A stretch of 64,000 bases of DNA from an uncultured Erysipelotrichaceae bacterium. GTDB lineage: Bacteria > Bacillota_I > Bacilli_A > RF39 > UBA660. Positions 53,908 to 62,672 of the stretch are shown piece by piece. The stretch spans positions 76,603-140,602 of the forward strand of contig CADBGE010000001.1 in NCBI GenBank assembly GCA_902794075.1. The letters are read 5' to 3'. Under the pieces are notes generated by a model. It was given only the letters and a program-made list of their open reading frames with translations, did no database searches and had not been told where the DNA came from. Position numbers and translations under genes: made by a program. Position 1 is the first letter of the stretch; the number at the start of each line of letters is the position of its first letter.

Positions 53908-54405
53908 CTATTTTTTACGATGTAAAAATATATGATATCTTCTAGTCAGCTTACCAAAAAACAGCATATCATATTTTTCGGTTGACAACCATTCTACATT
54001 AATGTCGAATGACGGAGTTTCTTTTATCAAGACTTTTATATGTATGTTAGCTTTTTCAAAATCATCAAGCATATCATTAACATGTTCTGATCTTAAAAAA
54101 TTTAAAATTGGATATTTTGAATTACTCTCATACATTGATTTTATTTTGTTCCGTATGTCATTAATGACATTTCTATCTGGAGCTTTTCCATACAAATTTG
54201 CATTATTGCAGAATATTTCCCATGCTGTTTTAAACTTTGCTATCGGGCATCCAAATTTCATTATGCTGCTTAACTTTTCATCTTTGTTGTCCCATAGGTT
54301 TTTGTCAATTATATCGTCTATTGTATCGTCATCTGGATTTCCAACTTGAACAAAGTTCTTGTTAATGACTAGTTTTTCAGTCAAATATTTATTTAATGAT
54401 TTCAT
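53908..54405 (-). CDS. hypothetical protein with MKSL leader
   Basis: 165 aa. Starts MKSLNKYLTEKLVINKNF. Confidence 0.7.
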   Translation of the reverse strand: MKSLNKYLTEKLVINKNFVQVGNPDDDTIDDIIDKNLWDNKDEKLSSIMKFGCPIAKFKTAWEIFCNNANLYGKAPDRNVINDIRNKIKSMYESNSKYPILNFLRSEHVNDMLDDFEKANIHIKVLIKETPSFDINVEWLSTEKYDMLFFGKLTRRYHIFLHRKK

Positions 54406-54424
54406 AATTCACATAATGTTAAAT

Positions 54425-54964
54425 TTAAGCTTTTGACATCCAGAATGCATATATTTCATCAGTCATTGAATCACATACAGCAAACAGTGTATATTTATTA
54501 TTTGAGCAGCCTTTAAGTATGGCGTCTTTGACATTTGAGCCAAGAGCAATGTTCAATTCATCATATATAGCATTTTTATTTGATGAATATTCAGTAAATA
54601 TTTTGTTGATTATCTTATATGATTCTTTACTTATTGTGTCTTGTTTTTCTATTTGTACCCACATAGCATATTCATCACTATTGTCGGCTATATCAAGAAT
54701 CTTTGTTAGAAAATTGTCTTCAATGTATGATTGTATATGCTTAACATCTACATTTGAATTGATGTATCTTTTACTTACATATAAATATATTGTGTATGCT
54801 AAATTTTTTGCAATGACAGATGATTTTCCTGAATTTGAATAATAATATGTAAGTTCATCAGAGAACTTGTATAGCTTCTCAAGCAGTTCGTCACAATCGT
54901 CTGGAGATTTGTAGTTCTTGTTTACTAATAGTTTTTCAGTAAGATATGCGTTTAATGACTTCAT
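54425..54964 (-). CDS. hypothetical protein with MKSL leader
   Basis: 179 aa. Starts MKSLNAYLTEKLLVNKNYK. Confidence 0.7.
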   Translation of the reverse strand: MKSLNAYLTEKLLVNKNYKSPDDCDELLEKLYKFSDELTYYYSNSGKSSVIAKNLAYTIYLYVSKRYINSNVDVKHIQSYIEDNFLTKILDIADNSDEYAMWVQIEKQDTISKESYKIINKIFTEYSSNKNAIYDELNIALGSNVKDAILKGCSNNKYTLFAVCDSMTDEIYAFWMSKA

Positions 54965-54970
54965 AATTTA

Positions 54971-55438
54971 CTAAATAAATATGTATATAAGAGTATGTTC
55001 TTTTCCTATCACTTTATTTTTCATTATCCATACGATTACATAATTTCCATCATCTCTTTCAAACTTAGCTAACGAATCATAATCGTTCCAATTTATAGGT
55101 CTATGGTCATCGTCACTTTCAAAATTGATATATTCCTCAGGTATGTAGTTTCTTAAGTCTTTAGGAAATATTTTACCAACACTTTTTTCATAATCATCTT
55201 CTTTTGTTATGTCACAAAAACAGTATTCAAATGTATTACGATTCATATCTTTAAACAAATCATTTACTTTATCTGATTTTTTATTCATAGTCGATTCATT
55301 TATTGTGTCTATAATATTTTTACATGACTCTTCTCCAGTTATATGAACATCGTGTGGAATAAATAATTTGCTACCAACATTTTTATAATTTTTATTAATA
55401 ACTAATTTTTCATTTATGTAACTACTTAATGACTTCAT
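54971..55438 (-). CDS. hypothetical protein with MKSL leader
   Basis: 155 aa. Starts MKSLSSYINEKLVINKNYK. Confidence 0.7.
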   Translation of the reverse strand: MKSLSSYINEKLVINKNYKNVGSKLFIPHDVHITGEESCKNIIDTINESTMNKKSDKVNDLFKDMNRNTFEYCFCDITKEDDYEKSVGKIFPKDLRNYIPEEYINFESDDDHRPINWNDYDSLAKFERDDGNYVIVWIMKNKVIGKEHTLIYIFI

Positions 55439-55441
55439 ATA

Positions 55442-56020
55442 TTATGAATTATCTTCAATGAATTTTTTAATTTTTTCAATGTCCTTTTCGGATAAATTTA
55501 ACGAATATGACATCTCTGAATCTACTCCATCTAAATTATCTATATATTCATATGTAAAAATGTTAAATAATTTATCGATATATGCTGGTGTATATTCTTT
55601 AAAACTAGTCAAATTGTCAAATGCATTTATATTCCTCTTCATATGAGATACTGGAATAAATACATAATATGATCCACAATTATTATTTATTGACTCCTTT
55701 GTTGCTACAAGTTGATTATTAGTATCATATTTTACATCTATTGCCCAGTTTCCAAATCCTGTAACAGATGATCCTTCTAAATGTTGTTCACCATATTTGT
55801 TTGGTTCTCCTAATTCATCAAGTGATATACCAATTATACTTAAATAAGCGTTTGGCTTAGAATTTGGGCTATATATAAATACTAATAAATTTTGAAAATG
55901 ATTATAATCTTCTGACGAAATTGATACATCTTTGAAGTTCTTATTAATTACAAGCTTTTCATCTACTTGTGATGGAAATATGACAAGTTTTTCATCTATG
56001 TAGCGTTTTAATGATTTCAT
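55442..56020 (-). CDS. hypothetical protein, leader plus one FPSQV unit
   Basis: 192 aa. Starts MKSLKRYIDEKLVIFPSQVDEKLVINKNFK. Confidence 0.7.
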   Translation of the reverse strand: MKSLKRYIDEKLVIFPSQVDEKLVINKNFKDVSISSEDYNHFQNLLVFIYSPNSKPNAYLSIIGISLDELGEPNKYGEQHLEGSSVTGFGNWAIDVKYDTNNQLVATKESINNNCGSYYVFIPVSHMKRNINAFDNLTSFKEYTPAYIDKLFNIFTYEYIDNLDGVDSEMSYSLNLSEKDIEKIKKFIEDNS

Positions 56021-56118
56021 AAATTATAAGAATAAAAAAATTATATATTAAAAATAAAGGAATCCTACTATCACGAGTAAGATTCTCATAAAATTGTTCT
56101 TCTATTTAAATGTATTTA

Positions 56119-57480
56119 CTACACACCGAACATATTTGGATCTCTTCTGTTTACCTTCATATCTATTCCTTTCTTGTCTTCATATTTAAATCCTTCAAGC
56201 TGTGCAATACGATTAAATATAAGATTATTTAGAAAGCTTCCGTCAATGAATTCTGGCTTAATAAGGTCAAAGCATTCATTAAGTAGTGCAACATATTTAT
56301 CGGAATTTGCATCAAGTTCTCTCATCTTTGCTATCATATCATCAACATCCTTTAGATATAGGTACTCTGGGAAATTCAGTAGATGATCCTTGTCGTAATC
56401 AGGATGTAAGAACGGAAGAAGACCCATTGTGATCATTTCGTATGGCTTGATGGTGATAAAACCGGGAATCTGTGAATAGACAAGAGTATAGCGAGCATCA
56501 CCCATTTCATCCTTCAAGTCTTCAATCATAATTTCCTTAATTCTGTCCGTCTTTTCATAAACCCATTTATCCCACCTACCATAAATCATTGTCTTGTCAT
56601 ATTCAGTTCCTTCAAGTCCGTTGATGATCCATTTCTCATATTCGGGATATCTACATGAATTATTTCCATTATGATTAATACGTCCTGTTCCACAACCGTT
56701 ACTAAGAACAATAAGATGCTTCGAAGGATCTGACTTAAGCTTCCTGTCAATATCAATCTTATCACGGAAATCATCAAGAACACCCATCATACAAATTTTT
56801 TCAGTATGCATATATTCAGTTGGAACCTTTGTACCATGAATCATTGTATGATTGTTCCAAGAGGTAATATGATAATGCGTTTCAAATTCACCATTTGTCT
56901 GTGATAATATAAGTTTAGGATTATTGTATAAATCAGTTGCATTTACTGTAATATATCTTGGATCTTCTGAAATGACATATACAGGAACATCACTCATTTG
57001 GTCCATGACATAAATATATGGAGCCCCATATTTTGCAAAACAAAGAAGTTGTTTCTTATATTCACCATTCTTTAATTTTAAGAATTTTTCAATATTTCCA
57101 TTACCGCTGATAATACCATTGAAAAACAACATAAAATCAGGTATAATTTCTCTATCCTTAAACCAATCAACAATTGGCTTATAATCATGGCATGTATGTT
57201 CCTTAATCTTTGAATATTCTACGCAATTTGCAGAAAGTACATTATGATTTGGGAAAATCTTATCATATTCCTCATCAGTTAATTTATTTAAATGATTTGG
57301 CCCAATAAAATAAAACATAAAGTCAGGATTCATTCTTGCAATAAATGCATAAAAAATAATAGGAGCATCATCACCTGTACCTACTTTTATATTCTTAATC
57401 TTTACGGACTTACCCATCTTTCCAATAAGAATATGTTTCTTAAAATCCTTTGGGTTAAAATTATAAAACTTATCTGTCAT
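56119..57480 (-). CDS. glycosyltransferase, T4 DNA beta-glucosyltransferase-like (tentative)
   Basis: 453 aa. By recollection of T4 Bgt: the N-terminal ILIGKMGKSVKIKN..PIIFYAFIARM resembles IAIINMGNNVINFK..TIYLFKVISEM. The C-terminal MIYGRW, FITIKPYEMITMGLLPFLHPDYD and DDMIAKMRELD resemble VIYGGS, FITLRVWETMASDAVMLIDEEFD and AELIDRVNELK. Confidence 0.45.
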   Translation of the reverse strand: MTDKFYNFNPKDFKKHILIGKMGKSVKIKNIKVGTGDDAPIIFYAFIARMNPDFMFYFIGPNHLNKLTDEEYDKIFPNHNVLSANCVEYSKIKEHTCHDYKPIVDWFKDREIIPDFMLFFNGIISGNGNIEKFLKLKNGEYKKQLLCFAKYGAPYIYVMDQMSDVPVYVISEDPRYITVNATDLYNNPKLILSQTNGEFETHYHITSWNNHTMIHGTKVPTEYMHTEKICMMGVLDDFRDKIDIDRKLKSDPSKHLIVLSNGCGTGRINHNGNNSCRYPEYEKWIINGLEGTEYDKTMIYGRWDKWVYEKTDRIKEIMIEDLKDEMGDARYTLVYSQIPGFITIKPYEMITMGLLPFLHPDYDKDHLLNFPEYLYLKDVDDMIAKMRELDANSDKYVALLNECFDLIKPEFIDGSFLNNLIFNRIAQLEGFKYEDKKGIDMKVNRRDPNMFGV

Positions 57481-57554
57481 ATCTTAAATTTTTTAAAAAC
57501 TTTTTATATAGTTATAAAATATAAATTCTTTAACACATTTTTCAATGAAAACAT

Positions 57555-57725
57555 TTAAAAAATATCATCAAGATCTTTAGGACATTTCTTTGAAGTTAAT
57601 AATCCATATATAAAAGAAATACAACCAAGTAACCAAAGAATCCCAATAGGTATCCAGCATTTAAATATAATTAACCCAATCAAAACTGCAAAGTAAATCA
57701 AAATGAAAATACCAAATTTGTTCAT
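57555..57725 (-). CDS. small membrane protein (56 aa, below the ORF-track cutoff)
   Basis: Manual translation: MNKFGIFILIYFAVLIGLIIFKCWIPIGILWLLGCISFIYGLLTSKKCPKDLDDIF, with two hydrophobic helices. Preceded by a promoter-like motif. Confidence 0.4.
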   Translation of the reverse strand: MNKFGIFILIYFAVLIGLIIFKCWIPIGILWLLGCISFIYGLLTSKKCPKDLDDIF

Positions 57726-57753
57726 AATATCTAATATATGTTATGTTTATAAC

Positions 57754-57782
57754 AAAATATTTAAATACATTAAAAAATTCAA
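57754..57782 (-). promoter_or_regulatory. sigma-70-like promoter variant TTGAAT-N17-TGTATT
   Basis: Minus strand: TTGAAT (57782-57777), 17 nt, TGTATT (57759-57754), 28 nt upstream of ATG 57725. Confidence 0.35.
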
Positions 57783-57826
57783 AACCTATTTGATTTTTAA
57801 ATATAACAGTTTTTTATCTATACTAT

Positions 57827-58366
57827 ATGACTAATGCTGAACAAATAAACAAATATGAATTAACTGCTGACCAGGTTTTAGATTTATTAAAATTAGACAG
57901 GAAAAAATGGAAGGCTGAAAAGGATTTTTCTTCATCTGCCGTAAAGAACATAAAATCAAACAAAGAATATAAGAATACTCAATTATATGAATGGATATTT
58001 AGTGAGAAAGTAAATGGCAAATGGGTTAAACGAAAAATAGACACTTCAAAACTATTATCTAAATCTGGATATAATAACTATGCTCGTAGCGGTGACAATG
58101 GTATAGTCATTATTCAACCATTGAGTTTAGCAAAAGCAGAAAAAATAAAACCAGTAGAAAATAAAGGAAAAGGACAGACAGCATTAGATAATAGTATAAG
58201 TAGTTCATCTGATTCATCATTAGATGGTAATGGAGATTCATTTGGTTCATTTCGGTTTCAACCAACAAATTATAAAGGCAATGATGAGGATATAATAAAA
58301 CATATATCATTTGCAAAATTATGTCTATTGAAAGAGTGTTATGAGGGCTTGGGAATATTACTATAA
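57827..58366 (+). CDS. hypothetical protein
   Basis: 179 aa, ATG start. First gene of a plus-strand block. Confidence 0.6.
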   Translation: MTNAEQINKYELTADQVLDLLKLDRKKWKAEKDFSSSAVKNIKSNKEYKNTQLYEWIFSEKVNGKWVKRKIDTSKLLSKSGYNNYARSGDNGIVIIQPLSLAKAEKIKPVENKGKGQTALDNSISSSSDSSLDGNGDSFGSFRFQPTNYKGNDEDIIKHISFAKLCLLKECYEGLGILL

Positions 58367-59048
58367 AGAAGTAGAAATAATAAATAAAATATCTGTTTCA
58401 GACAAATGGTATGATCAGAGAATTCTATATAAGAATAGACTAATAAACAAACCAATAGAAATTGGTGCAGCTATCGATACAAACGCGTTTTCTGGTGATT
58501 TACCAATGCCAACTGGTCCATGTCCATTCAAAGGAAAAAGCAATGAAGAAAAATTTAGAATGTGCGGTGTTCAACGAGGGTGGACACCAAGTCAGGCCTA
58601 TGGTGCAGGAGTAATCACGAATGTAACATTTAATCAGACAAGTGGTCCAAAAACATTACAGATGAACAAATATATAGCAGAAGACTTTAAGGCAATATGT
58701 AATGAAATATTGCAACTTGGATTTTTTAAATTAAATGTTGGGAATTGTTTTAGAACTTCACTGTCAGCCGGCGGAAAAAGTTTACATCAGATTGGTGTAG
58801 CTGTAGACATAAATCCGGGGCGAGGCGGTAATCCTTGGTTTTCATGCAGAATTCCAAAAACTCAGCCAGAGCCATCACCGGGATCTACACCATGGGGTAT
58901 GAAGTCATGTCCATATCATGGAGGATATGATAGATCTATATGCGTGTGGCATTGGGGTCATCCTGTTGTAAGAATATTTCTAAATCATGGATGGGGCTGG
59001 GGCGGATCATACGGAGATGTTATGCATTTTAGTATAACAGGAAATTAA
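58341..59048 (+). CDS. peptidase M15-type cell-wall hydrolase (endolysin candidate)
   Basis: 235 aa. Zinc-ligand pattern SLHQIGVAVD (H-x6-D) and DVMHF, with GWGWGG, typical of VanY / L-Ala-D-Glu peptidase-like enzymes. Confidence 0.6.
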   Translation: MRAWEYYYKEVEIINKISVSDKWYDQRILYKNRLINKPIEIGAAIDTNAFSGDLPMPTGPCPFKGKSNEEKFRMCGVQRGWTPSQAYGAGVITNVTFNQTSGPKTLQMNKYIAEDFKAICNEILQLGFFKLNVGNCFRTSLSAGGKSLHQIGVAVDINPGRGGNPWFSCRIPKTQPEPSPGSTPWGMKSCPYHGGYDRSICVWHWGHPVVRIFLNHGWGWGGSYGDVMHFSITGN

Positions 59049-59066
59049 AAAATAATGTAAATATTT

Positions 59067-59858
59067 ATGGATTATATATATAGTAATGCAGATGGAGTAG
59101 GAACACATGAATGGCCAGAATTTAATATAAAATCATTTAGTAAATATAGTGATGAAAATGGAGTATATACAAATGAACCGATATTACTTGGAATTGCAAA
59201 TCATCTAAGAATAAATGGAGGAAACGGTGGTTATGGTGAAGATGGATTTGTTGGTGACGGTATAAGTGGTTCTACACCATTTGGATCTCCTAATGAATTT
59301 TTATCGAAAATAAATTGGTCAGCATGCGAAAAATATGGAGCAGGAAGCTATAGAAATTTCAGAAGTGCTGTAATAAATAGAAAACTTACTCAACCACCTG
59401 CTGATTTTGTTAGAATGGCACGATCATATTCTTCAAAAAGCGGAGTTCCTACATCTATAATAATAATGATAGGCAAATCGGAAAGTGGTTATAGAAACTG
59501 TCCAAAGAATTCATACGGATATGGTGGGTATTTTGGTTCAAAGGCTGGGCCTGAAGGTTCTTTTGATACACAGGCAGAAACAGTTAGAAAATCATATGAA
59601 GGAGCAAAAAGAAATTCTGCTGGAGCGGATGAACTTGCATTAGCAATGTTAACATACATTCATCATCACTTACCAGCAGTTGGTTCAAAATATTGGAATA
59701 AAACTGGAGGAAAAATTTGGTCTACAGATCCTGATTATATAGTAAATAATGTAAAAGCATGTTACCCATCTATAAGACCGGTAACATTAGCTGAACATTT
59801 AATGCTACAGCTTGCAGCACAATATATGGCTTTACAACTTAGAACATTGAGTTTCTAA
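59067..59858 (+). CDS. hypothetical protein, possibly lytic-transglycosylase-like
   Basis: 263 aa. IGKSESGYRN...GYGGYFG weakly resembles the SLT catalytic ES..G.G.(M/F) region. Confidence 0.35.
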   Translation: MDYIYSNADGVGTHEWPEFNIKSFSKYSDENGVYTNEPILLGIANHLRINGGNGGYGEDGFVGDGISGSTPFGSPNEFLSKINWSACEKYGAGSYRNFRSAVINRKLTQPPADFVRMARSYSSKSGVPTSIIIMIGKSESGYRNCPKNSYGYGGYFGSKAGPEGSFDTQAETVRKSYEGAKRNSAGADELALAMLTYIHHHLPAVGSKYWNKTGGKIWSTDPDYIVNNVKACYPSIRPVTLAEHLMLQLAAQYMALQLRTLSF

Positions 59859-60343
59859 TACACCTTATCCCACATGATTAGCATGAACATTGTTGTCTTG
59901 TTTACTTTTACATTAGGATTTAATTGTTCAAGTTCATTCTTCCCAAGACACCATACTTGATAGCCATAAGAAGATAGTGAGTTTACAATTTCATCAGTAT
60001 AGTTCATCATCTCAGGCTCAATATCAATAATAGTGTACAATGTATTCTGTTCCATACGACCCTTAATACGATCTTTAATTCTTTGGACAAGGTCATGAAA
60101 CAACTTCTTTTTTGAAGTATACTCCTTATATGTTGCTCGAAGATACGCATCTTCAGCACTAAGCAGTTTATTGTCAGATGTCCCAGAAGGCAAAAATACT
60201 TGCTTTAGAACATTCTTAACAGTCGACAACTTAGACTTCTCCTCATTATCAGAATAAGAAGTAATCTCTTTGTTTAATTCATCCACAGCATTAAAATCCT
60301 GATTCTTGTTTGACATAATTATTTTTAATTTTTGATTTAACAT
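59855..60343 (-). CDS. hypothetical protein
   Basis: 162 aa, ATG start. Convergent with the preceding plus-strand gene, overlapping it by 4 nt. Confidence 0.6.
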   Translation of the reverse strand: MLNQKLKIIMSNKNQDFNAVDELNKEITSYSDNEEKSKLSTVKNVLKQVFLPSGTSDNKLLSAEDAYLRATYKEYTSKKKLFHDLVQRIKDRIKGRMEQNTLYTIIDIEPEMMNYTDEIVNSLSSYGYQVWCLGKNELEQLNPNVKVNKTTMFMLIMWDKVY

Positions 60344-60406
60344 TTTATATTTTATATATATAAATGAAAAACATAAAAATTAAATGAATTAAAATTTTTT
60401 AACAAA

Positions 60407-60706
60407 ATGGAAAAGATTAAGAAAAATTGTCAGATTATCGTTATTGTTATATTGTTGTTATTTGGAATGAGTAAATGTACACAATCATGTAATCGCGATA
60501 CAGAAATAAATAAGAATATTGAAAGTATACAACAAAAAGATAGTATAATGAAAGTACTTAATGATAGTATTGTAACGTTAAACCATAAGATAGATTTATT
60601 AACTAATGACAAGTCAAATCAAGAAAAATTAATTGAATCTCAGAAAGAATCAATAAATAAAATTAATGAAGCAAAAAAGAACATTAATGTCACTGTAAAG
60701 AAATGA
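60407..60706 (+). CDS. membrane-anchored coiled-coil protein (i-spanin-like candidate)
   Basis: 99 aa. N-terminal TM segment QIIVIVILLLFGM followed by a heptad-like Lys/Glu/Asn-rich region. Confidence 0.4.
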   Translation: MEKIKKNCQIIVIVILLLFGMSKCTQSCNRDTEINKNIESIQQKDSIMKVLNDSIVTLNHKIDLLTNDKSNQEKLIESQKESINKINEAKKNINVTVKK

Positions 60707-60746
60707 AATATTTTTAATTATATAAATGATATAGTTTAAATTATCC

Positions 60747-61217
60747 ATGAAACGGCTAAATAATTATATAATTAAAGAAGGAATAAAGAAGACATCAAAA
60801 ATTCGTGACAATATTAAATTCATTATTTGGCAGCGTCCAGAGAAAAAGATAAAATGGTTAGAAAATAACGATAAATATCAAAAAATCGAATATAAGTACG
60901 AAGACGTCGATAAAATGATATTTATCCAATTCCTCTTAGGCTATGTCAAAGAAGATAAGACATGGAAAATGTGGATAGGTAAAATAGGTGCAGCGAGTTA
61001 TGATGATGATCCATATTGTAAATTAGATACGGAAAAGTTCTCAGAAGCAATTCTAACGGCATGTGACAAAATTGAGGAATTTATTGAGAAAGTAAATAAA
61101 GATCCGCTGAACTATATTCAGTTTTATAAAAGTAATCCAGCAGATTCTGGTGGCGGTGATGAAGGATCTGGTGAAGATAGTGGTGGAGATGAAGGTGGTG
61201 GAGGAGATCTATTATGA
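60747..61217 (+). CDS. hypothetical protein with leader-like N-terminus and Gly/Asp/Glu-rich tail
   Basis: 156 aa. Starts MKRLNNYIIKE and ends SGGGDEGSGEDSGGDEGGGGDLL. Confidence 0.6.
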   Translation: MKRLNNYIIKEGIKKTSKIRDNIKFIIWQRPEKKIKWLENNDKYQKIEYKYEDVDKMIFIQFLLGYVKEDKTWKMWIGKIGAASYDDDPYCKLDTEKFSEAILTACDKIEEFIEKVNKDPLNYIQFYKSNPADSGGGDEGSGEDSGGDEGGGGDLL

Positions 61218-61417
61218 AAAGCTTCATTGATGATTTAATATATGGAATTGGACAAGGATTCTTAATATTATTTTATATACTGTATTTCATATTTTCTTGG
61301 ATTTTAGCAATTATAGTTGTTCCATTGTTAATAACATATTGGTTCATATTAAAATTATTCAATAAAAATACTGGAAAACTTTCAAATATAATAAGAATAC
61401 ATTTTAGAAAAAAATAA
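61214..61417 (+). CDS. small two-TM membrane protein (holin-like candidate)
   Basis: 67 aa. Segment GQGFLILFYILYFIFSWILAIIVVPLLITYWFIL and a basic C-terminus. Its start overlaps the upstream stop (ATGA). Confidence 0.45.
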   Translation: MKSFIDDLIYGIGQGFLILFYILYFIFSWILAIIVVPLLITYWFILKLFNKNTGKLSNIIRIHFRKK

Positions 61418-61422
61418 AAATA

Positions 61423-61449
61423 AAGAGAGAACTTAAGTTCTCTCTTTTT
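61423..61449. terminator. bidirectional rho-independent terminator
   Basis: 10-bp stem aagagagaac (61423-61432) / gttctctctt (61437-61446) with loop ttaa. T-run on the plus strand and an A-run upstream, so it fits both convergent genes. Confidence 0.7.
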
Positions 61450-61467
61450 ATATTAGTTTATATTAAT

Positions 61468-62112
61468 TTACATGTTAGAACATCCATGTAACATATTATA
61501 TGTTTTTGCGGATGACACAATGTTCCATTTATTTAAATCAAAATTTAATTCATAACAAAACATAAACATTCCAGTAAAATCTTTTCCATTCTTTACGTCC
61601 CACTTACTTAAGTCGCAATTGAATTTTTTACATCCATAAAACATGCAAGAAAAATCTTCTCCATTCTTTACGTCCCACTTACTTAAGTCACAATTGAATT
61701 TCTGACAATTAAAAAACATACTTTTAAAATTATTGCCGCCACTTACATTCCAATCACTAATGTCAAATCCTTTACGTCCTACATTTTTGTCTTCAAAAAA
61801 CAAATCACTAAAATCATCTATTTCTGAAACATCAATGTCATTTAAATCATATATATCTTTGTCATAATGTTCTTTTATAATGTCTTTTAGTTCATCTTTA
61901 TTTTTAGGATGATAATTATACATTTTATAGTTCTTATTAATTACAAGCTTTTCATCTACTTGTGATGGAAATATTACAAGCTTTTCGTCTACTTGTGATG
62001 GAAATATTACAAGCTTTTCATCTACTTGTGATGGAAATATGACAAGCTTTTCATCTACTTGTGATGGAAATATGACAAGTTTTTCATGTATATACTTATT
62101 TAATGATTTCAT
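61468..62112 (-). CDS. DUF285 / BspA-type LRR protein, leader with four tandem FPSQVD units
   Basis: 214 aa. Starts MKSLNKYIHE(KLVIFPSQVDE)x4 KLVINKNYK. Contains repeats such as FDISDWNVSGGNNFKSMFFNCQKFNCDLSKWDVKNG. Confidence 0.8.
   Translation of the reverse strand: MKSLNKYIHEKLVIFPSQVDEKLVIFPSQVDEKLVIFPSQVDEKLVIFPSQVDEKLVINKNYKMYNYHPKNKDELKDIIKEHYDKDIYDLNDIDVSEIDDFSDLFFEDKNVGRKGFDISDWNVSGGNNFKSMFFNCQKFNCDLSKWDVKNGEDFSCMFYGCKKFNCDLSKWDVKNGKDFTGMFMFCYELNFDLNKWNIVSSAKTYNMLHGCSNM
61943..62087. repeat. 33-bp tandem repeat, 4 full copies plus a partial one (coding)
   Basis: Units acaagcttttc(a/g)tctacttgtgatggaaatat(t/g) at 61943-61975, 61976-62008, 62009-62041 and 62042-62074, plus a partial unit to about 62087. 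Each encodes EKLVIFPSQVD on the minus strand. Confidence 0.9.
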
Positions 62113-62672
62113 TTTAATTTGTCTATTATTTTATCATAATCTGATTTTGACGGATTATCTGTTCCTACAACATAATCGTTATCAACTATTGTTTTAAACA
62201 ACGTTATAAAGTCATCAATTGGCATTTTATAACAGTTTCTTATTTCCCAGCCTTCAACAGATGAATGGGTACCCTGATCATATACAGCTTTAACTATTAT
62301 TAAATTATCATTAACTGGATATATTGATAATTCAATAATTTTATTTTCATCTAATACACTCTTATGAAATGTTATTGTATTATCAAAATTTGATACTGTA
62401 ATAACAACTAAACCTTCATCTAAATACTTGTTGACATCGCCATTAATAGATGCGTATTTTTGTTTTATATTTTTTTCAACTGACTTCAATAGATTTTTAT
62501 ATGCACTGTTATTAAGTTCAAGACGATATCCCCATATCATACCATTACGTTTCAATTCACTCATTTCTCCATCAGTAATCAATCTAATAATATTATCAAG
62601 TTCATTGTCGGTATTCTTGAAGTTTTTATTGATGATTAATCTTTCATTCAAATATGTCATGAGTCTTTTCAT
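62109..62672 (-). CDS. hypothetical protein with MKRL leader variant
   Basis: The track ORF starts at TTG 62684. The ATG at 62672 gives MKRLMTYLNERLIINKNFK. ATGA overlaps at both ends link it to its neighbours. Confidence 0.7.
   Translation of the reverse strand: MKRLMTYLNERLIINKNFKNTDNELDNIIRLITDGEMSELKRNGMIWGYRLELNNSAYKNLLKSVEKNIKQKYASINGDVNKYLDEGLVVITVSNFDNTITFHKSVLDENKIIELSIYPVNDNLIIVKAVYDQGTHSSVEGWEIRNCYKMPIDDFITLFKTIVDNDYVVGTDNPSKSDYDKIIDKLK

Noticed and set aside
61943-62087. Regular 33-bp direct repeats that at first glance resemble a CRISPR array
   Set aside because: The units are contiguous with no spacers. They lie in frame inside a long ORF, encoding EKLVIFPSQVD each time. The same unit occurs singly in other genes. 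This is a coding tandem repeat.
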